This document shows positions 36,301 to 37,653 of a DNA stretch of 37,653 nt, piece by piece; positions within the stretch are counted from its first letter, which is position 1; each line of letters starts with the position of its first letter. Both the position numbers and the translations under genes were made by a program. The DNA lies in the NCBI GenBank assembly GCA_002633005.1, contig NMRA01000126.1, forward strand, positions 869,388-907,040. Reading direction: 5' to 3'. The DNA comes from Phoronis australis. Taxonomy: Eukaryota > Animalia > Phoronida. The notes beneath the pieces are model-generated. The model was given only the letters and a program-made list of their open reading frames with translations. It was not told the DNA's origin and ran no database searches.

Positions 36301-36520
36301 CTGTTGTTTTTACAAATATAAGTTTACTAAGCTCTTTGGTGATTATTAGTTAACTTCAAACTCAAATTTCTCAAAAATGTGCAACTTTATATGTGGGAAC
36401 TTTTTAGATTTTGAAAACACTCTAATAAATGAATTAAAAAACACCAAAATAAAATTGCCCCCCTAAAGTACTCACAAAAACCATTTTCTAGAGGCCCTAC
36501 AAAATCTGGCCCACCGACTA
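33344..36520 (+). mobile_element. Internally deleted Academ-like DNA transposon with both TIRs and a 3-bp TSD
   Basis: Perfect 17-bp TIR TAGTCGGTGGGCCAGAT, extending imperfectly to about 140 bp; TAT on both flanks (33341-33343, 36521-36523). Coding remnants are DKDLV.LEAKYH (about 35040-35080), TLHCLRANHQ (about 35474-35503) and a C-terminal Cys-rich finger CKCKKNMC...CC...CTEMCSCDNCSN (ORF 35503..35772). Confidence 0.85.
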
Positions 36521-37653
36521 TATGACGCATGAGGCTAGGCTAAGCGTGTTTTACTGGGTTTAATTAACTCTGATAAACAAACAGTATAAACAGAACAACG
36601 AACATGCAACATCAAATTATTGAATAAAATTGCTATACAGTTAGAATATCCTGACAGCTAAACTTGCGAAAATATGGAAAATTAATTTAGACGCATTTTA
36701 ATTCCCTACAGCCGGGCGGCTGACGAATACCAGTTGGAGGCGAAATAACTACAAGTAGAAAACTTGACATGATGCCAAAGTTTTTTATAATATAAGTATT
36801 AATAAGTTTAAAGTAAAAGGAATAATTCCCACTTAGCCAGAAACATTCGTGTACGCTGCTAGCCGGCGGAGCCGGACCGCCTGGCCTGCCGTGCGCCGGC
36901 GGACATCTGCGCGCCGCGCAGGGCAAGATGAAAACATTAGTTAGCTACCCGGCCCTGAATGAGTGAAATTCCTGTGACAAAGAAGATAAAAAACATTGCG
37001 TCATGCTCCTAACACTGCAATATATTCCCATCGCCGACATTCAGCTCATTGACTAACATTCACTACACTCCCCCCCGCTCTGGTTTGCCGCAACGCGGAA
37101 TTTTTTTTATTTAGACAACAGACTGAGGTATATATTGTAAGTTTGTTTTTGTGAGGTTTAAAAATATATTTTCCCTGATAACTGAAAATCAAAGCCACTT
37201 TAGCAAGTGATTATCACTGAGTTCCCGGCGAAGAGTCACGGCGACTGCAGGGCCGAAATTACTTCACCGGTTACTGTGTCCTGGCAGCAAAATCTACCAC
37301 AGGTATGGAGCTCATTGTTTAGAGATAAAACTTGTTTTTTTGTCGAAACATCGCCTTATGTGGATGTTTTTGCGGTGCCGATTTGCTGCCGATTATGCAC
37401 TGCGCTTACACGTCCGGGTAGTCACCGAGACACGGCAATCATGATTGCCACTTAATTCAGGCTGGTACTTTGCATCAATTTCAAGATATGGCGATAAGAA
37501 TAAGACCTAAACGGTTACTGTTGCTAATTGACCTATCGCCAAGATTATGACAGACGGCTTAATTGACCAATCAGAACGCAGCATTCTTGGCACACCTTCG
37601 TCTGCGTTACCAAGCCTCCGTTTTACCCGACAAACCATACGCAGTCGAGTAAA

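Overview
AT-rich, intron- and transposon-rich animal (probably invertebrate) genomic DNA; there is no bacterial gene organisation. The main feature is a minus-strand spliced gene that I assembled by hand from nine canonical GT-AG exons (16331 down to 972; 1857 nt, 619 codons, all junction phases compatible). It encodes three tandem domains resembling the bacterial type VI secretion peptidoglycan amidase effector Tae4 (NlpC/P60-like Cys-His enzyme), with Thr/Pro-rich mucin-like stalks before domains 1 and 3. This suggests a horizontally acquired, domesticated amidase effector (dae4-like) that was multiplied by exon-module duplication. Domain 1 keeps the Cys and His, domain 2 has His changed to Tyr, the last exon of domain 3 is not visible, and a dead extra exon copy lies in an intron. 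The rest is decayed mobile DNA: a CR1/L2-type LINE nested between Gypsy (Gmr1-like) fragments, a THAP fragment, an ISL2EU/Harbinger-type remnant, an Academ-like element with both TIRs and a TSD, several fold-back palindromes, and a housekeeping-like promoter with no obvious coding gene. Family assignments come from motif recognition from memory, not from database searches.
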